Part shown: in pieces, positions 1 through 9,456 of the stretch
Layout: each line of letters opens with the position of its first letter
How positions within the stretch are numbered: the first letter of the stretch is position 1
Assembly (NCBI GenBank): GCA_040005335.1
Contig: JBDTZD010000312.1
Coordinates: 1-53,537, forward strand
DNA: 53,537 nt
Source of the DNA: Pyrinomonadaceae bacterium
Lineage (GTDB): Bacteria > Acidobacteriota > Blastocatellia > Pyrinomonadales > Pyrinomonadaceae
Reading direction: 5' to 3'
Notes under the pieces: generated by a model
The model's database searches: none
Told to the model about the DNA's origin: nothing
The model's input: only the letters and a program-made list of their open reading frames with translations
Translations under genes and position numbers: made by a program

Positions 1-1924
1 CGACGCCGTGTCGTTGCGTCGGATACGGCATAAACTCAAACGACTTTCCGGCTTTTTGCAATGCATAAATAAGCTGCATCGCGTTTTGCAAATGCACATT
101 ATCGTCAATTGCGCCGTGAATCAGCAACAACTTTCCGCTCAAATTACCGGCTGCCGCCGTGACGGAAGATTTTCTGTAGCCTTCCGGGTTGTTTTGCGGA
201 GTTTTCATATAACGTTCGGTATAAATTGAATCGTACAAAGACCAATCCGAAACGGTTCCGCCGGCGATTCCCATTTTCCATGATTTACTGTGTGTTAAGG
301 CAAACGCAGTCATATAACCGCCAAAGCTCCAGCCATGCAAACCGATTCGTGACGCATCAACAAAAGGCAGGGTTTTGAGATAAGAAATGCCGTCCTCCAA
401 ATCCCGCAGCTCGCTTTCGCCAAAGTTTTTATAAACTCCGTATTCCGATTGAACGCCCTTGCCGGAAGCCGTTCGATTGTCGCAAATCCAAATAATATAG
501 CCTTTTTCGGCGAGCAGCTGATACCACATTCCGGTTGCGCCGAGCCATTCGTTTTGCACTTGCGGCGCATGCGGACCGGAATAGGTAAATTGTATCACCG
601 GATATTTTTTGCTTGAATCAAAATCCGCTGGTTTAATCATCAGAGCTTCCATCTGAAAACCGTCTCGCGTTTTGACCTGGATAAATTCAGTTTTGCCGAG
701 TTTATATTTTGGCATATCTCGTGAAAAATCCTGGCGGTCGGTTAATTTAATAGGCGAACCGTCAGCATTATACGGACTAGCTTGCGGCGGAGTATTGACG
801 TCGCTGTAAAAGTCAGTAAAGCGAGTAAAGTCTTTGCTGAATGACACTTCATGCGAACCAGAGCCAGTTGAAATTTTTTGGAGACCGCTGCCGTCCAATT
901 TAATGCGGTAAACTTGCGGCGCAATTGTCGAATCCTTCGTGCTGCTAAAATAAACGAAGCCGTTTTTTTCGTCAACGCCATACAATTCGCGTACTTCCCA
1001 ATCGCCCGAGGTTAGAGGCTTAATAAGTTTTCCGTCGGGCGCGAAATGGTAGATATGTTTCCAGCCGGAACGAGCAGCCGATTGCCAGACAAATGAGCCA
1101 TCTTTTAAATAAGTTGGGTTATCAATAACCTCAACCCACGCCGGAGAGGTTTCCTTAAAAAGCGTTTTGGTCACGCCGGAATTGCGGTCGGCAGCGTTTA
1201 AATCAAGAAAATTTTGCTCGCGATTTTGCGCCTGGTAAACGATGCGTGTCGCATCCGGCGACCATGTGACGCGCGAAATCAAAAAATCTTCCGGTTTATA
1301 ATTTGCCGTGTCCACAAATTTGATTGCTCCAGTTTTAATGTTTGCCACGCCAAGTTTGACAATCGGATTCGGGTCCCCGGCTTTCGGATACGGCGTGTCT
1401 TCGACAACTTGTTCGGCGGGATTGTTTGTTTGCGATATGTGGTTGACAACGGCAAATTTCGGCACGCTTGATTCGTCTGTTCGTAAAAAAGCAATTGCGG
1501 TCGAATCCGGCGACCACCAGTAACCGCGTTTATTGCCGCGTCCGTAAAGTTCTTCTTCATAAACCCAGTCAAGATAGCCGTTCAAAGTATTTTCGTCGCC
1601 GTCTTTTGTCAATTGCATTTCTTTGCCCGTCGCAACTTCCGTAACATATAAATTCATGCCGCGCACAAAACTAGCGTATTTGCCGTCGGGACTGACATCA
1701 GCTTCGAGTTTTTCGGCTGTCTCAGTCGAAAGATTTTTATCCTGGCGTTTAAAGTTGAAATTGTTCGCCCCGTTTAATTTCAAAGTCAAAGGCGCGCCGC
1801 CACCAAATTCAGTAGCGTTTTCCAAATCGAAAATTTCGTTGATTGTTAATAGTTTATCCTGCGCTTGCGCACCTGAAGCAAGCGCGACAAACAAAGTCAG
1901 ACAGAGCAGGAATGTTTTTTTCAT
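1..1924 (-). CDS. Dipeptidyl-peptidase IV / prolyl oligopeptidase family (S9B) secreted serine peptidase; 3' end runs off the left edge (partial)
   Basis: Absent from the ORF track because there is no in-window stop. The reverse-strand frame is open from ATG at 1924-1922 (MKKTFLLCLTLFVALASGAQAQD, a signal peptide) down to base 1. Nucleophile elbow HGWSFGGYM is read at 340-311 in the same frame as the ATG. Further motifs: LIHGAIDDNVH and terminal PYPTQRHGV. No other track ORF occupies this frame. Confidence 0.85.
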   Translation of the reverse strand, partial: MKKTFLLCLTLFVALASGAQAQDKLLTINEIFDLENATEFGGGAPLTLKLNGANNFNFKRQDKNLSTETAEKLEADVSPDGKYASFVRGMNLYVTEVATGKEMQLTKDGDENTLNGYLDWVYEEELYGRGNKRGYWWSPDSTAIAFLRTDESSVPKFAVVNHISQTNNPAEQVVEDTPYPKAGDPNPIVKLGVANIKTGAIKFVDTANYKPEDFLISRVTWSPDATRIVYQAQNREQNFLDLNAADRNSGVTKTLFKETSPAWVEVIDNPTYLKDGSFVWQSAARSGWKHIYHFAPDGKLIKPLTSGDWEVRELYGVDEKNGFVYFSSTKDSTIAPQVYRIKLDGSGLQKISTGSGSHEVSFSKDFTRFTDFYSDVNTPPQASPYNADGSPIKLTDRQDFSRDMPKYKLGKTEFIQVKTRDGFQMEALMIKPADFDSSKKYPVIQFTYSGPHAPQVQNEWLGATGMWYQLLAEKGYIIWICDNRTASGKGVQSEYGVYKNFGESELRDLEDGISYLKTLPFVDASRIGLHGWSFGGYMTAFALTHSKSWKMGIAGGTVSDWSLYDSIYTERYMKTPQNNPEGYRKSSVTAAAGNLSGKLLLIHGAIDDNVHLQNAMQLIYALQKAGKSFEFMPYPTQRHGV

Positions 1925-2043
1925 ATTGTATTGGATAGCGATTCAGTCCGCTTGGTTAATAAATTGAATCGCTTTGCGATTGTTTTGACGCCGATATCAA
2001 ATTGGATGCTTGCCGGAAATACGCGAAAACCAGAGGTAAGGTT

Positions 2044-3099
2044 TTAGTTTGGAGGTGAAATTGAGAGCGTAAAGTTTGGAACAACTTCACCAACTTGCTC
2101 GCCGCGCCAGTTTTTAATTGAAAGATGCGCAAAATGCCTCAAAGTTTCAGATTTTTCCGGGTTAATTATTTCGAGTTGTTTCAAAATTTCCAGCGTGGCG
2201 ACGGGGCGGGCGCGACGGTCTTCGCCGTCCTCAATTTTGAGCGCAATTCCGAGCCCTCGTTTGTATCGCGGCGAAGGCAAAACGCCCGCTGTATATACGC
2301 CTTCAGCACCGATTTTTGAGATGATGAGCCCGCTCGCGGCGCGCATAATTTCCGTATCCAATCTTTCCGTGAGACTGCCGCCGATCATTTCCGGGTAATC
2401 CATCATTGCCGAGACGATGCGGCGACAGGCTTCGCGCAATTCCGCATCAAAATCTTTTGGCGGAAAAACCAATTTGGCGTACATCTGTGCCATCGTCAGA
2501 AGCGGCATGGCAAAATTTGGGACTGCACAACCATCAACTCCCACGCTTATTTGCTCACAATTCAAATCAGAAAAACTTTCGATAGTCTTAAGAATTTCAG
2601 CTTGAATCGGATTTTCCGGCAATTCGTAAGTCTCAATATTTGCGCCAATGTGTTTAGCAAAAGCGAGCATACCGGCGTGTTTGCCCGAACAATTATTGTG
2701 CAGTTGCGTCGGCGATAGGTGTTCGGCAATCATTTTTCGGGCTAATTCCTGATTAAAAGGGTCATGCGCTCCGCAATGCAAATCTTTCTCGCTCAATCCG
2801 GCTTTAGCAAGAATTTTGGCCGCCGTTTCGGTGTGCAACGGCTCACCGCTGTGCGAGCCGCAGGTGATAGCAATTTCGCTCATCGTCAAACCAAAGCGTT
2901 CCGCCGCGCCGCTCATCACAAACGGAATCGCCTGAAACGGTTTTGCCGCCGAACGCATAAACGTCACGGTTTCAGGATTGCCGAGCGCGCAAACAAGCTC
3001 GCCGTCACCGTCAACGATTGCCAAATGTCCGCGATGTATTGATTCAATAACTGAGCCGCGCCGGACTTCAACTAAAACCGCGGAAGAATTTTGAGCCAT
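2044..3099 (-). CDS. Asparaginase family II (Rhizobium-type asparaginase fold)
   Basis: The track ORF 2044..3144 starts at TTG. The ATG at 3099 gives MAQNSSAVLVEVRRGSVIESIHRGH. Motifs RSAAKPFQA, CGSHSGE and NNCSGKHAGML. Confidence 0.75.
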   Translation of the reverse strand: MAQNSSAVLVEVRRGSVIESIHRGHLAIVDGDGELVCALGNPETVTFMRSAAKPFQAIPFVMSGAAERFGLTMSEIAITCGSHSGEPLHTETAAKILAKAGLSEKDLHCGAHDPFNQELARKMIAEHLSPTQLHNNCSGKHAGMLAFAKHIGANIETYELPENPIQAEILKTIESFSDLNCEQISVGVDGCAVPNFAMPLLTMAQMYAKLVFPPKDFDAELREACRRIVSAMMDYPEMIGGSLTERLDTEIMRAASGLIISKIGAEGVYTAGVLPSPRYKRGLGIALKIEDGEDRRARPVATLEILKQLEIINPEKSETLRHFAHLSIKNWRGEQVGEVVPNFTLSISPPN

Positions 3100-3140
3100 T
3101 GGTTGAAAAGCAAAAAACTGAACGGCGATTATAACATGCT

Positions 3141-3434
3141 TCAATCTTCAACTTCTCGCTTGTAAATTGAAAGATTTTCAAAGTGTTTAGCCTGTTCACT
3201 CCAACGCAAATGTATTGGGATAGCTAGTAAGGAACCTAAGCAAAGGTAAAATATCATCGTGCCAAGCCTTTGCCAACGCCATCCAAAAACTTCATCACAA
3301 CTTGTACAAGTGCAGTCATATTCAGGATATAGTTTGTAACTTTCGTCGTACTGCGTACCAAACCTACAAACGTCGAACGAAAGGGCAAAAGAAAACACAG
3401 CTATCAACAGCAAGTTTCGGATAGTTTTGTCCAT
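3141..3434 (-). CDS. Hypothetical small Cys-rich membrane protein
   Basis: 97-aa ORF with an N-terminal hydrophobic segment, a CTCTSC motif and a second TM segment. Sits tightly between the radical SAM and asparaginase genes on the same strand. Confidence 0.35.
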   Translation of the reverse strand: MDKTIRNLLLIAVFSFALSFDVCRFGTQYDESYKLYPEYDCTCTSCDEVFGWRWQRLGTMIFYLCLGSLLAIPIHLRWSEQAKHFENLSIYKREVED

Positions 3435-3464
3435 AAGACGCCTCCGAAATATTAGACACGAGTT

Positions 3465-4490
3465 TCAAACTTTTGTTCCTTCGATTTGAAAATCCCGAAT
3501 GTCTTTGAAGGGTTTTTCGCGGTCTGTGAAATCAGGGCGGTAATAATGCGAAGCACCGTTGTATTCTTGAATCCAGCCCGTTTCCATTTCTAAATCTTCT
3601 AAAACTGCAACGGCTTTGTCCCATTCGCGCTCTGAAATACGGCGCGAAAGCAAAACATAACGTGAATCAGTAGCGGCTTTGTTTGTCGCGTAATATTGCG
3701 CCATTAATGAAATGGCAACGTCGGGTGATAATTCTCTTTTTATCCAGCGCAGATTTTCTCCAATTTCTGCTAAATCATTTGGCAAAACCAGCAATCGAAT
3801 TACCAGACCGCGCTGCAAAATGCCGTCTTCGGAATAAACTAATTTATCGCCGGTTTGCCGAAACATTTCTTTGATCGCAGCGCGCGCGAATTTAGCGTAT
3901 TCGCGCACCTTTGAATATTCAAATCCGGCAGCGTCGTCAGCATATTTTAAATCGGGCAGATAAACGTCAACTATTCCGTCGAGCAGTTTTAAAACCTCAA
4001 CCGAATCATATGCGTTGGTGTTATAAACAATTGGCAGGCGTAATCCGTTTTGGGCGGCGATAAAAATCGCCCGCGCCATTTGCGCCGCGAAATGAGTCGG
4101 CGAAACAAAGTTGATGTTGTGGCAACCTCTGGCTTGTAGCTCGAGCATCATTTCTGCCAGCCGTTCATGAGTTACTTCGTTCCGTTTTTGCTCGCGCCAG
4201 GTCTGCGAGATTTGATAATTCTGACAGTAAACGCAGCGCAGATTACAGTTGCCGAAAAAGATGTTGCCAGCACCGTTTGTGCCAGTCAGCGCCGGTTCTT
4301 CGCCAAAATGCGCGGTATAGCTTGAAACAATTGGCAAGCGACCTGAATAACAAGCCGCTAACTCATCATTTAAACGATTATTGCCGCAATCTTTTGGGCA
4401 AATCGTGCAGCTTTCCAGCAATTTTTCGAGAGCTAAAACACGCCGCTCAAGTTCGCCCGATTCCAGAATTTTGAGATATAAAGCAGGCAT
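3465..4490 (-). CDS. Radical SAM protein (PflX-like, activase-type)
   Basis: CNLRCVYCQN (CxxxCxxC) cluster motif; N-terminal CTICPKDC; 341 aa. Confidence 0.75.
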   Translation of the reverse strand: MPALYLKILESGELERRVLALEKLLESCTICPKDCGNNRLNDELAACYSGRLPIVSSYTAHFGEEPALTGTNGAGNIFFGNCNLRCVYCQNYQISQTWREQKRNEVTHERLAEMMLELQARGCHNINFVSPTHFAAQMARAIFIAAQNGLRLPIVYNTNAYDSVEVLKLLDGIVDVYLPDLKYADDAAGFEYSKVREYAKFARAAIKEMFRQTGDKLVYSEDGILQRGLVIRLLVLPNDLAEIGENLRWIKRELSPDVAISLMAQYYATNKAATDSRYVLLSRRISEREWDKAVAVLEDLEMETGWIQEYNGASHYYRPDFTDREKPFKDIRDFQIEGTKV

Positions 4491-4496
4491 TTATGG

Positions 4497-5102
4497 TTAA
4501 TCCGTATCTGAAATTTTTGATGATTGTTTGCCGCGTCCAAAACGCAGAAATGGAATTCTGCGAAGTCTTTTACGGTTTTCCTCAATCACGGTCTTTGGAA
4601 CAAATTCGCGACTAAGCCGAAGACTGAAATCCATTTCCATAAAAATGGCGCGATGTGCGATACGTGTTTCAAAAATTAACAAAATCGAACCGTAAAAAAG
4701 AAAACACGCGCCCGCCAGACCTAAAGCAGCCGGTAGCCATTCATACCCGCGCCCCGTGACGGCAACCATCCCGATAGCCACGCTGGTCGCCACAAACATA
4801 CAGAGCGCAAAATAAAACGTCACCATCGAACGCTGCAACAAGCGGTTTCGTTTTGCCGTTAAATCAAGCATTTTGTAAATAACTTCGCGGCGTTCGTCAA
4901 ACAATTCAAGTTTGTCTTTGGTATGTGCCAGTTCTTCTAAACGATCAAGCAGGGAACGCACGCGGTCAACCGTCCGCGCTATCCGCGAAGCGGTCGAGAG
5001 AATTAGTGACCCGCAAGCCGAAATTAAAACGGCAGGCGTAATCATCGCCGTTAAAACGGCGAGAGCCGATGTTAAATCTTGCGTACCCGATTGAAAAAGC
5101 AT
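4497..5102 (-). CDS. DUF2721-like membrane protein
   Basis: TM segment, then coiled-coil (VDRVRSLLDRLEEL), then two TM segments. The family call is from memory. Confidence 0.5.
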   Translation of the reverse strand: MLFQSGTQDLTSALAVLTAMITPAVLISACGSLILSTASRIARTVDRVRSLLDRLEELAHTKDKLELFDERREVIYKMLDLTAKRNRLLQRSMVTFYFALCMFVATSVAIGMVAVTGRGYEWLPAALGLAGACFLFYGSILLIFETRIAHRAIFMEMDFSLRLSREFVPKTVIEENRKRLRRIPFLRFGRGKQSSKISDTD

Positions 5103-5146
5103 TACTCTGCCATTAGAAACTAGAGACTACCCGATGCGCAAATTCA

Positions 5147-6034
5147 ATGAAGTTCTGGCTCTCCAAAAACGCTGAAATTTCACTCCGTGAACAGCTTGCC
5201 AGCCAAGTTGTGCTGGCGATTATCGGCGGTGATTTGCGCGCCGGTGATAAACTGCCGAGCGTTCGAGAAATGGCTTTGCGCTATCAGGTTCACGCCAACA
5301 CCGTCAGTGCGGCATATATTTGGCTGGAGTCACGCGGCTGGGTCGAATCTCGAAGGGGAAGCGGAGTTTTTGTCACAGAAAAGTCGAAGGTCGAAATCGA
5401 AACGGCAGCATCAAGTTCGGCTTCTGAACTCGATGCGTTAGTTTTACATTTTATCCAATCTGCTCGATCACGCGGTTTTACTCTTGAACAAATTGCGGCG
5501 CGTCTTGCGGCAAGGTTCAAACAAACACAAATCAAGCAAATTTGTCTGATTGAACCCGACGCGGAACTAAGAAAAATACTGCTTTGCGAGATTCAAAGCA
5601 AAATTGATTTGCCGATTACCGAGATGGATTTGACGAATTTTACGGCTTTGCCGGACACGATTTTCGCTGCCCTCGAAGAAACTCTAATAAAACTGCCGCC
5701 CAATCCGATTCAGATTTGCTTACGGCTTAATTCGGTACAAAATGAGATGCGCGGCAAAACACGTCCTGCCTCAGGCGAACTCGTCGGCGTGGTATCGCGC
5801 TGGGAAACATTTCTGCGTTGGTCTAAAACAATGCTCGTCGCTGCCGGAATCGCCCACGAACAAATTATTTTACGAGATGCCAAAATGGAGGGTTGGAAGC
5901 GAGGCTTAACTTCGTGTAAGTTTGTCGTTGCCGACAGTTTGAGCGTCAAAAAACTAGCCCCAAATATTGATGCTCGCGTATTTCGATTGATTGCGGAAGA
6001 ATCCCTTAACGAGCTGCAAAATCTGGTTGAATAG
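5147..6034 (+). CDS. GntR-family transcriptional regulator
   Basis: N-terminal wHTH LPSVREMALRYQVHANTVSAAYIWLESRGWVESRRGSGVFV. The C-terminal domain is unassigned. Confidence 0.7.
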   Translation: MKFWLSKNAEISLREQLASQVVLAIIGGDLRAGDKLPSVREMALRYQVHANTVSAAYIWLESRGWVESRRGSGVFVTEKSKVEIETAASSSASELDALVLHFIQSARSRGFTLEQIAARLAARFKQTQIKQICLIEPDAELRKILLCEIQSKIDLPITEMDLTNFTALPDTIFAALEETLIKLPPNPIQICLRLNSVQNEMRGKTRPASGELVGVVSRWETFLRWSKTMLVAAGIAHEQIILRDAKMEGWKRGLTSCKFVVADSLSVKKLAPNIDARVFRLIAEESLNELQNLVE

Positions 6035-6371
6035 TACCGGATTTGTTTTGCTCGGTTACCCGCTGGACTTCGCCGGTCATTTTGCCCGTTAACATTAACC
6101 AAACCATTTTCCAGTCGCCAATAAAAGACCAGACCGGATATTTGAAAGTCGCCGGGCGATTATGTTCGATAAAAAAATGGCTGTACCAGGCTAGACCGTA
6201 GCTTGGCACGAGACAGAGCGGAAATAAATACCAAAGACCTTTGCCAAGCAAGAGCGCGAGAATTAAAATTCCGAGCATCGAGCCGATAAAATGCAGTATG
6301 CGGGTTTGCGGAGCGCTGTGCTCCGCAACGTAAAAATCCCAAAACTCTGTGAAATTTTGTGGCTTTTCCAT
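6006..6371 (-). CDS. DUF962 / Mpo1-like membrane protein
   Basis: MEKPQNFTEFWDFYVAEH...HFIGS...WYSHFFIEHNRPATFKYPVWSFIGDWKM. ATG at 6371 is preferred over the longer track start. Confidence 0.6.
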   Translation of the reverse strand: MEKPQNFTEFWDFYVAEHSAPQTRILHFIGSMLGILILALLLGKGLWYLFPLCLVPSYGLAWYSHFFIEHNRPATFKYPVWSFIGDWKMVWLMLTGKMTGEVQRVTEQNKSGTIQPDFAAR

Positions 6372-6541
6372 ATATCCTAAATACAATCAAACTCAACTTT
6401 TTGCAACAAATTAAAGAGAAATCTAATGCCGACCGCCTAAAGATTTTGTACAATCACTTTACGTTGTAGAAAAAAACGGAAAGTTCCAAAGAGCAAAAAG
6501 TGCGCCTTTTGAAAAGCAAATAACAGTAGAGGAAAACGAAA

Positions 6542-6793
6542 ATGCCTTATTTCAGTGAACCGATTAATTCGCAGCCGACCAACGTTTCGACAATCGAAAA
6601 TCCTATTAAGCGATGCGAGCGTTGCGACCGCGAAACCGATGAATATGTGATGTTTATTCATCCAGACAACTCAGAGCACATAATTTGCTGGACTTGCCAG
6701 CAGCGCGACGACAAAAATTTCAATATTAAACCGTCGTTTCGACGCGAACGCAGCGGCGGGCGTTATTTGCCTAAATCACCGAAATTCGATTAA
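6542..6793 (+). CDS. Hypothetical small zinc-ribbon protein
   Basis: CERCDR...CWTCQ four-Cys pattern. Its stop overlaps the def start (TAATG). Confidence 0.4.
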   Translation: MPYFSEPINSQPTNVSTIENPIKRCERCDRETDEYVMFIHPDNSEHIICWTCQQRDDKNFNIKPSFRRERSGGRYLPKSPKFD

Positions 6794-7284
6794 TGGCTAT
6801 TCGAAAAATTACCGAACATCCGGCACAGGTTTTAGCGCGCATCGGCGAACCTGTCGCAAAATTTGACGAGGAATTAAATGCTCTCGTCGCTGATATGTTT
6901 GAAACAATGTACGCAGCCGAAGGTGTCGGGCTTGCCGCCCCGCAAATCGGTTTAGGAATGCGGCTTTTCGTGATGGATTGCGAGGGGCTCAAACTTGTCG
7001 CGGCAAATCCCGAAATCATCAATTCCGAAGGTGAGCAAATCGGAGACGAAGGCTGTCTCTCGCTCGGCAAAATTCCAGCGGTCGTTACTAGAGGTAATAA
7101 GACAACGTTGCGAGCGCAAACAGCAAGCGGCGAATGGTTTGAAGAAACCGCAGAAGGTTTGACAGCGCGCTGCTTTCAGCACGAAACAGACCATTGCAAC
7201 GGCAAACTTTTTATTGACCATTTGCCCAGGCTGCGCCGCGAAATGGTCGTCAAAAAATTCCAAAAAGAGAAAAAATTTCGTTAA
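6793..7284 (+). CDS. def: Peptide deformylase
   Basis: Motifs GVGLAAPQIG, EGCLS, QHETDH. Confidence 0.9.
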   Translation: MAIRKITEHPAQVLARIGEPVAKFDEELNALVADMFETMYAAEGVGLAAPQIGLGMRLFVMDCEGLKLVAANPEIINSEGEQIGDEGCLSLGKIPAVVTRGNKTTLRAQTASGEWFEETAEGLTARCFQHETDHCNGKLFIDHLPRLRREMVVKKFQKEKKFR

Positions 7285-8084
7285 GGTTTGAGTGTTTTAA
7301 TCGAAGCGACGTCCGACACGCCTCTGGCGCGGAGATGTTTGAGAAATTGGACAAAAATGTGCGCTGTGGCGAGAGCGTCTCCGGCGGCGCGATGTCGGTT
7401 GTAAATCGGAATCGAAAAATGTTCGGCGACTGTGTGAAGGCGATGATTTTTTAAATTTGGCAGCAGTTTTCGCGCGAGGCGAACTGTACACAAATGCGCA
7501 TTGATGAGCTTGCGTTCTCGGTACACGCGCCCTATTTCGTAATTCAAAAACGTGATGTCAAACGGCGCGTTGTGTGCTACTAAAATAGAATCCCCGATAA
7601 ATTTGAGCAAATCCGGTGCGACCTCTGCGAAAAACGGCGCGCGGCTGACCATTTGGTTGGTAATTCCGGTTAATGAAGAAATAAACGGCGGAATCGTTTT
7701 CTCTGGATTCAGCAAAGTTTGAAATTCGTCAACGATTTCGCCGTTTCTGACGCGATAGGCTCCGATTTCAGTCATTCGGGCGAAAGGCGGTTTCGTCCCC
7801 GTTGTTTCCGTATCGAAAACAACAAACTCGGTTTCGTGCAGTTTGCGCGTTTCAAAATTCGGCGTCACAAGTTCAACAATTGAATTTTCGCGAATCAGAA
7901 GGCGCGGGTCTTCATCAATTAAATCCGCAATTAGCGAAACGGCAAATGCGGCGTCTATTTTTGAAACGCCCAAAACTTCGTCGGCAACAATATTAGCCGA
8001 AAGCGCTCCGCCGTGAAACTTCAAAAGATTTATTGTGTCGCCGATTAAAACTGAATCGGAAATTAGGTTAGAATAAAAAGCCAT
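7281..8084 (-). CDS. DnaQ-like 3'-5' exonuclease (DNA pol III epsilon family) with an ~90-aa N-terminal extension
   Basis: Exo motifs VVFDTETTG, HNAPFDITFL, HRAAGDA. Confidence 0.7.
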   Translation of the reverse strand: MAFYSNLISDSVLIGDTINLLKFHGGALSANIVADEVLGVSKIDAAFAVSLIADLIDEDPRLLIRENSIVELVTPNFETRKLHETEFVVFDTETTGTKPPFARMTEIGAYRVRNGEIVDEFQTLLNPEKTIPPFISSLTGITNQMVSRAPFFAEVAPDLLKFIGDSILVAHNAPFDITFLNYEIGRVYRERKLINAHLCTVRLARKLLPNLKNHRLHTVAEHFSIPIYNRHRAAGDALATAHIFVQFLKHLRARGVSDVASIKTLKP

Positions 8085-8125
8085 TTACAGAAAATATAAC
8101 GTCAAGATTAACGTAACACGAACCA

Positions 8126-8704
8126 ATGACTTTTGACGAAATCATCCGGCATTTTAAGGCAACTGGCGCGCTGCTCGAAGGACATTTTATTTTATCGAGC
8201 GGTTTGCATAGCCCAAATTATTTGCAGTGTGCCCTCGCTTTACGTCAACCGATTGATGCCAACAAGTTTGGGAACGCAATTGCTGAAAAATTCGGCGGGC
8301 AACAGTTTGACGCAGTTGTTTCGCCAGCCATCGGCGGACTTGTAATTGGTTTCGCCGTCGCACAAAGTTTGAATGTTCCGTTTTTTTGGACTGAACGTGA
8401 AAACGGACAAATGACTGTCAGGCGCGGTTTTACAGTAAAAGATAACGAAAGATTGCTCGTTGTCGAAGATGTTATTACGACTGGTGGCTCAACGCGCGAA
8501 TGTATTTCCGCAGTCGAAGCACGCGGCGCGAAAGTCGGCGCGGCGGCTTCGATTATTGATCGCTCGGGCGGCGCGGCCGATGTTGGCGTTCCGCGAATCG
8601 CACTGGCTACTCTGGAAGTTCCAGCCTACGCGCCGGAAAATTGTCCGATGTGTGCAAAAGGTGATGTTGCAGTTAAACCAGGCAGTCGTTTTATTGCAAA
8701 ATGA
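8126..8704 (+). CDS. pyrE: Orotate phosphoribosyltransferase
   Basis: PRPP-binding motif LLVVEDVITTGGST; GHFILSSGLHS N-terminus. Confidence 0.85.
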   Translation: MTFDEIIRHFKATGALLEGHFILSSGLHSPNYLQCALALRQPIDANKFGNAIAEKFGGQQFDAVVSPAIGGLVIGFAVAQSLNVPFFWTERENGQMTVRRGFTVKDNERLLVVEDVITTGGSTRECISAVEARGAKVGAAASIIDRSGGAADVGVPRIALATLEVPAYAPENCPMCAKGDVAVKPGSRFIAK

Positions 8705-9456
8705 ATTATCGTCTTTTAATTCAATATGAAGGCACGGATTTTCACGGTTGGCAGATTCAGGCAAATAATCAACGCACGGTGCAGGGAGAATTGACGCGAG
8801 TTCTCTCAATGCTTGAAGGCGCCGCCGTCACAGTGCACGGTTCGGGACGCACCGACGCGGGGGCTCATGCTGAAGCTCAAGTCGCCAATGTGCATTTAGA
8901 GAGACCGTTTACGCCGGACAAACTGCTTATTGCAATCAACGGTAATTTGCCCCGCGATATCAGAATTATGAACGTTGAAACTGCCGCTCCAGATTTTCAC
9001 GCGCGTTTTTCTGCTAAGGGAAAGACTTATCGTTACCGCGTTTTAAACGCGTCCGTGATGTCACCCTTTTGGCGGCGTTACGCTCTCCACGAACCGCGCC
9101 CGCTCGATTTAGCGAAAATGCAGTGTGCGGCGCGATTGTTTTTTGGCGTTCACGATTGGACAGCTTTTTCAGCAGCAAGGTCCGATGCCGAAAACCGAGT
9201 TCGCGAAGTTACCAGATTGGATATCGAAAAGTTTACGGAGACACGGATGAATGCGGAGTTAATTGAATTTACAATTTCGGCCGAAGGCTTTCTGCGTTAC
9301 ATGGCGCGCTCAATTGTCGGTACGTTGCTCGAAGTCGGGCGCGGAGAGAAAACATCTGAGACAGTTTGGCAGGCAATCGTGACGGGCGAACGAAGATTAG
9401 CCAAAGAAACTGCCGCCGCGCACGGTTTGACTTTGCTCAAGGTTCACTATGACTGA
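8701..9456 (+). CDS. truA: tRNA pseudouridine(38-40) synthase
   Basis: GSGRTDAGAHA catalytic Asp motif. 4-nt overlap with pyrE. Confidence 0.9.
   Translation: MNYRLLIQYEGTDFHGWQIQANNQRTVQGELTRVLSMLEGAAVTVHGSGRTDAGAHAEAQVANVHLERPFTPDKLLIAINGNLPRDIRIMNVETAAPDFHARFSAKGKTYRYRVLNASVMSPFWRRYALHEPRPLDLAKMQCAARLFFGVHDWTAFSAARSDAENRVREVTRLDIEKFTETRMNAELIEFTISAEGFLRYMARSIVGTLLEVGRGEKTSETVWQAIVTGERRLAKETAAAHGLTLLKVHYD

Noticed and set aside
4270-4284. Additional GG-N10-GC sigma-54-like matches inside coding regions (minus strand TGGCACaaacgGTGC at 4270-4284; CTGC-type -12 matches near 22160 and 40140; a spacing-11 match near 12185)
   Set aside because: They are located inside ORFs with no downstream gene start, or have a wrong spacer or a degenerate -12 element. 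They are consistent with chance occurrence.
3141-4490. Radical SAM enzyme followed by a small Cys-rich ORF as a RiPP precursor/maturase pair
   Set aside because: The radical SAM protein looks like the widespread PflX/activase type, with no SPASM or RRE features visible. The 97-aa ORF has two hydrophobic segments and looks like a membrane protein rather than a leader-core peptide.
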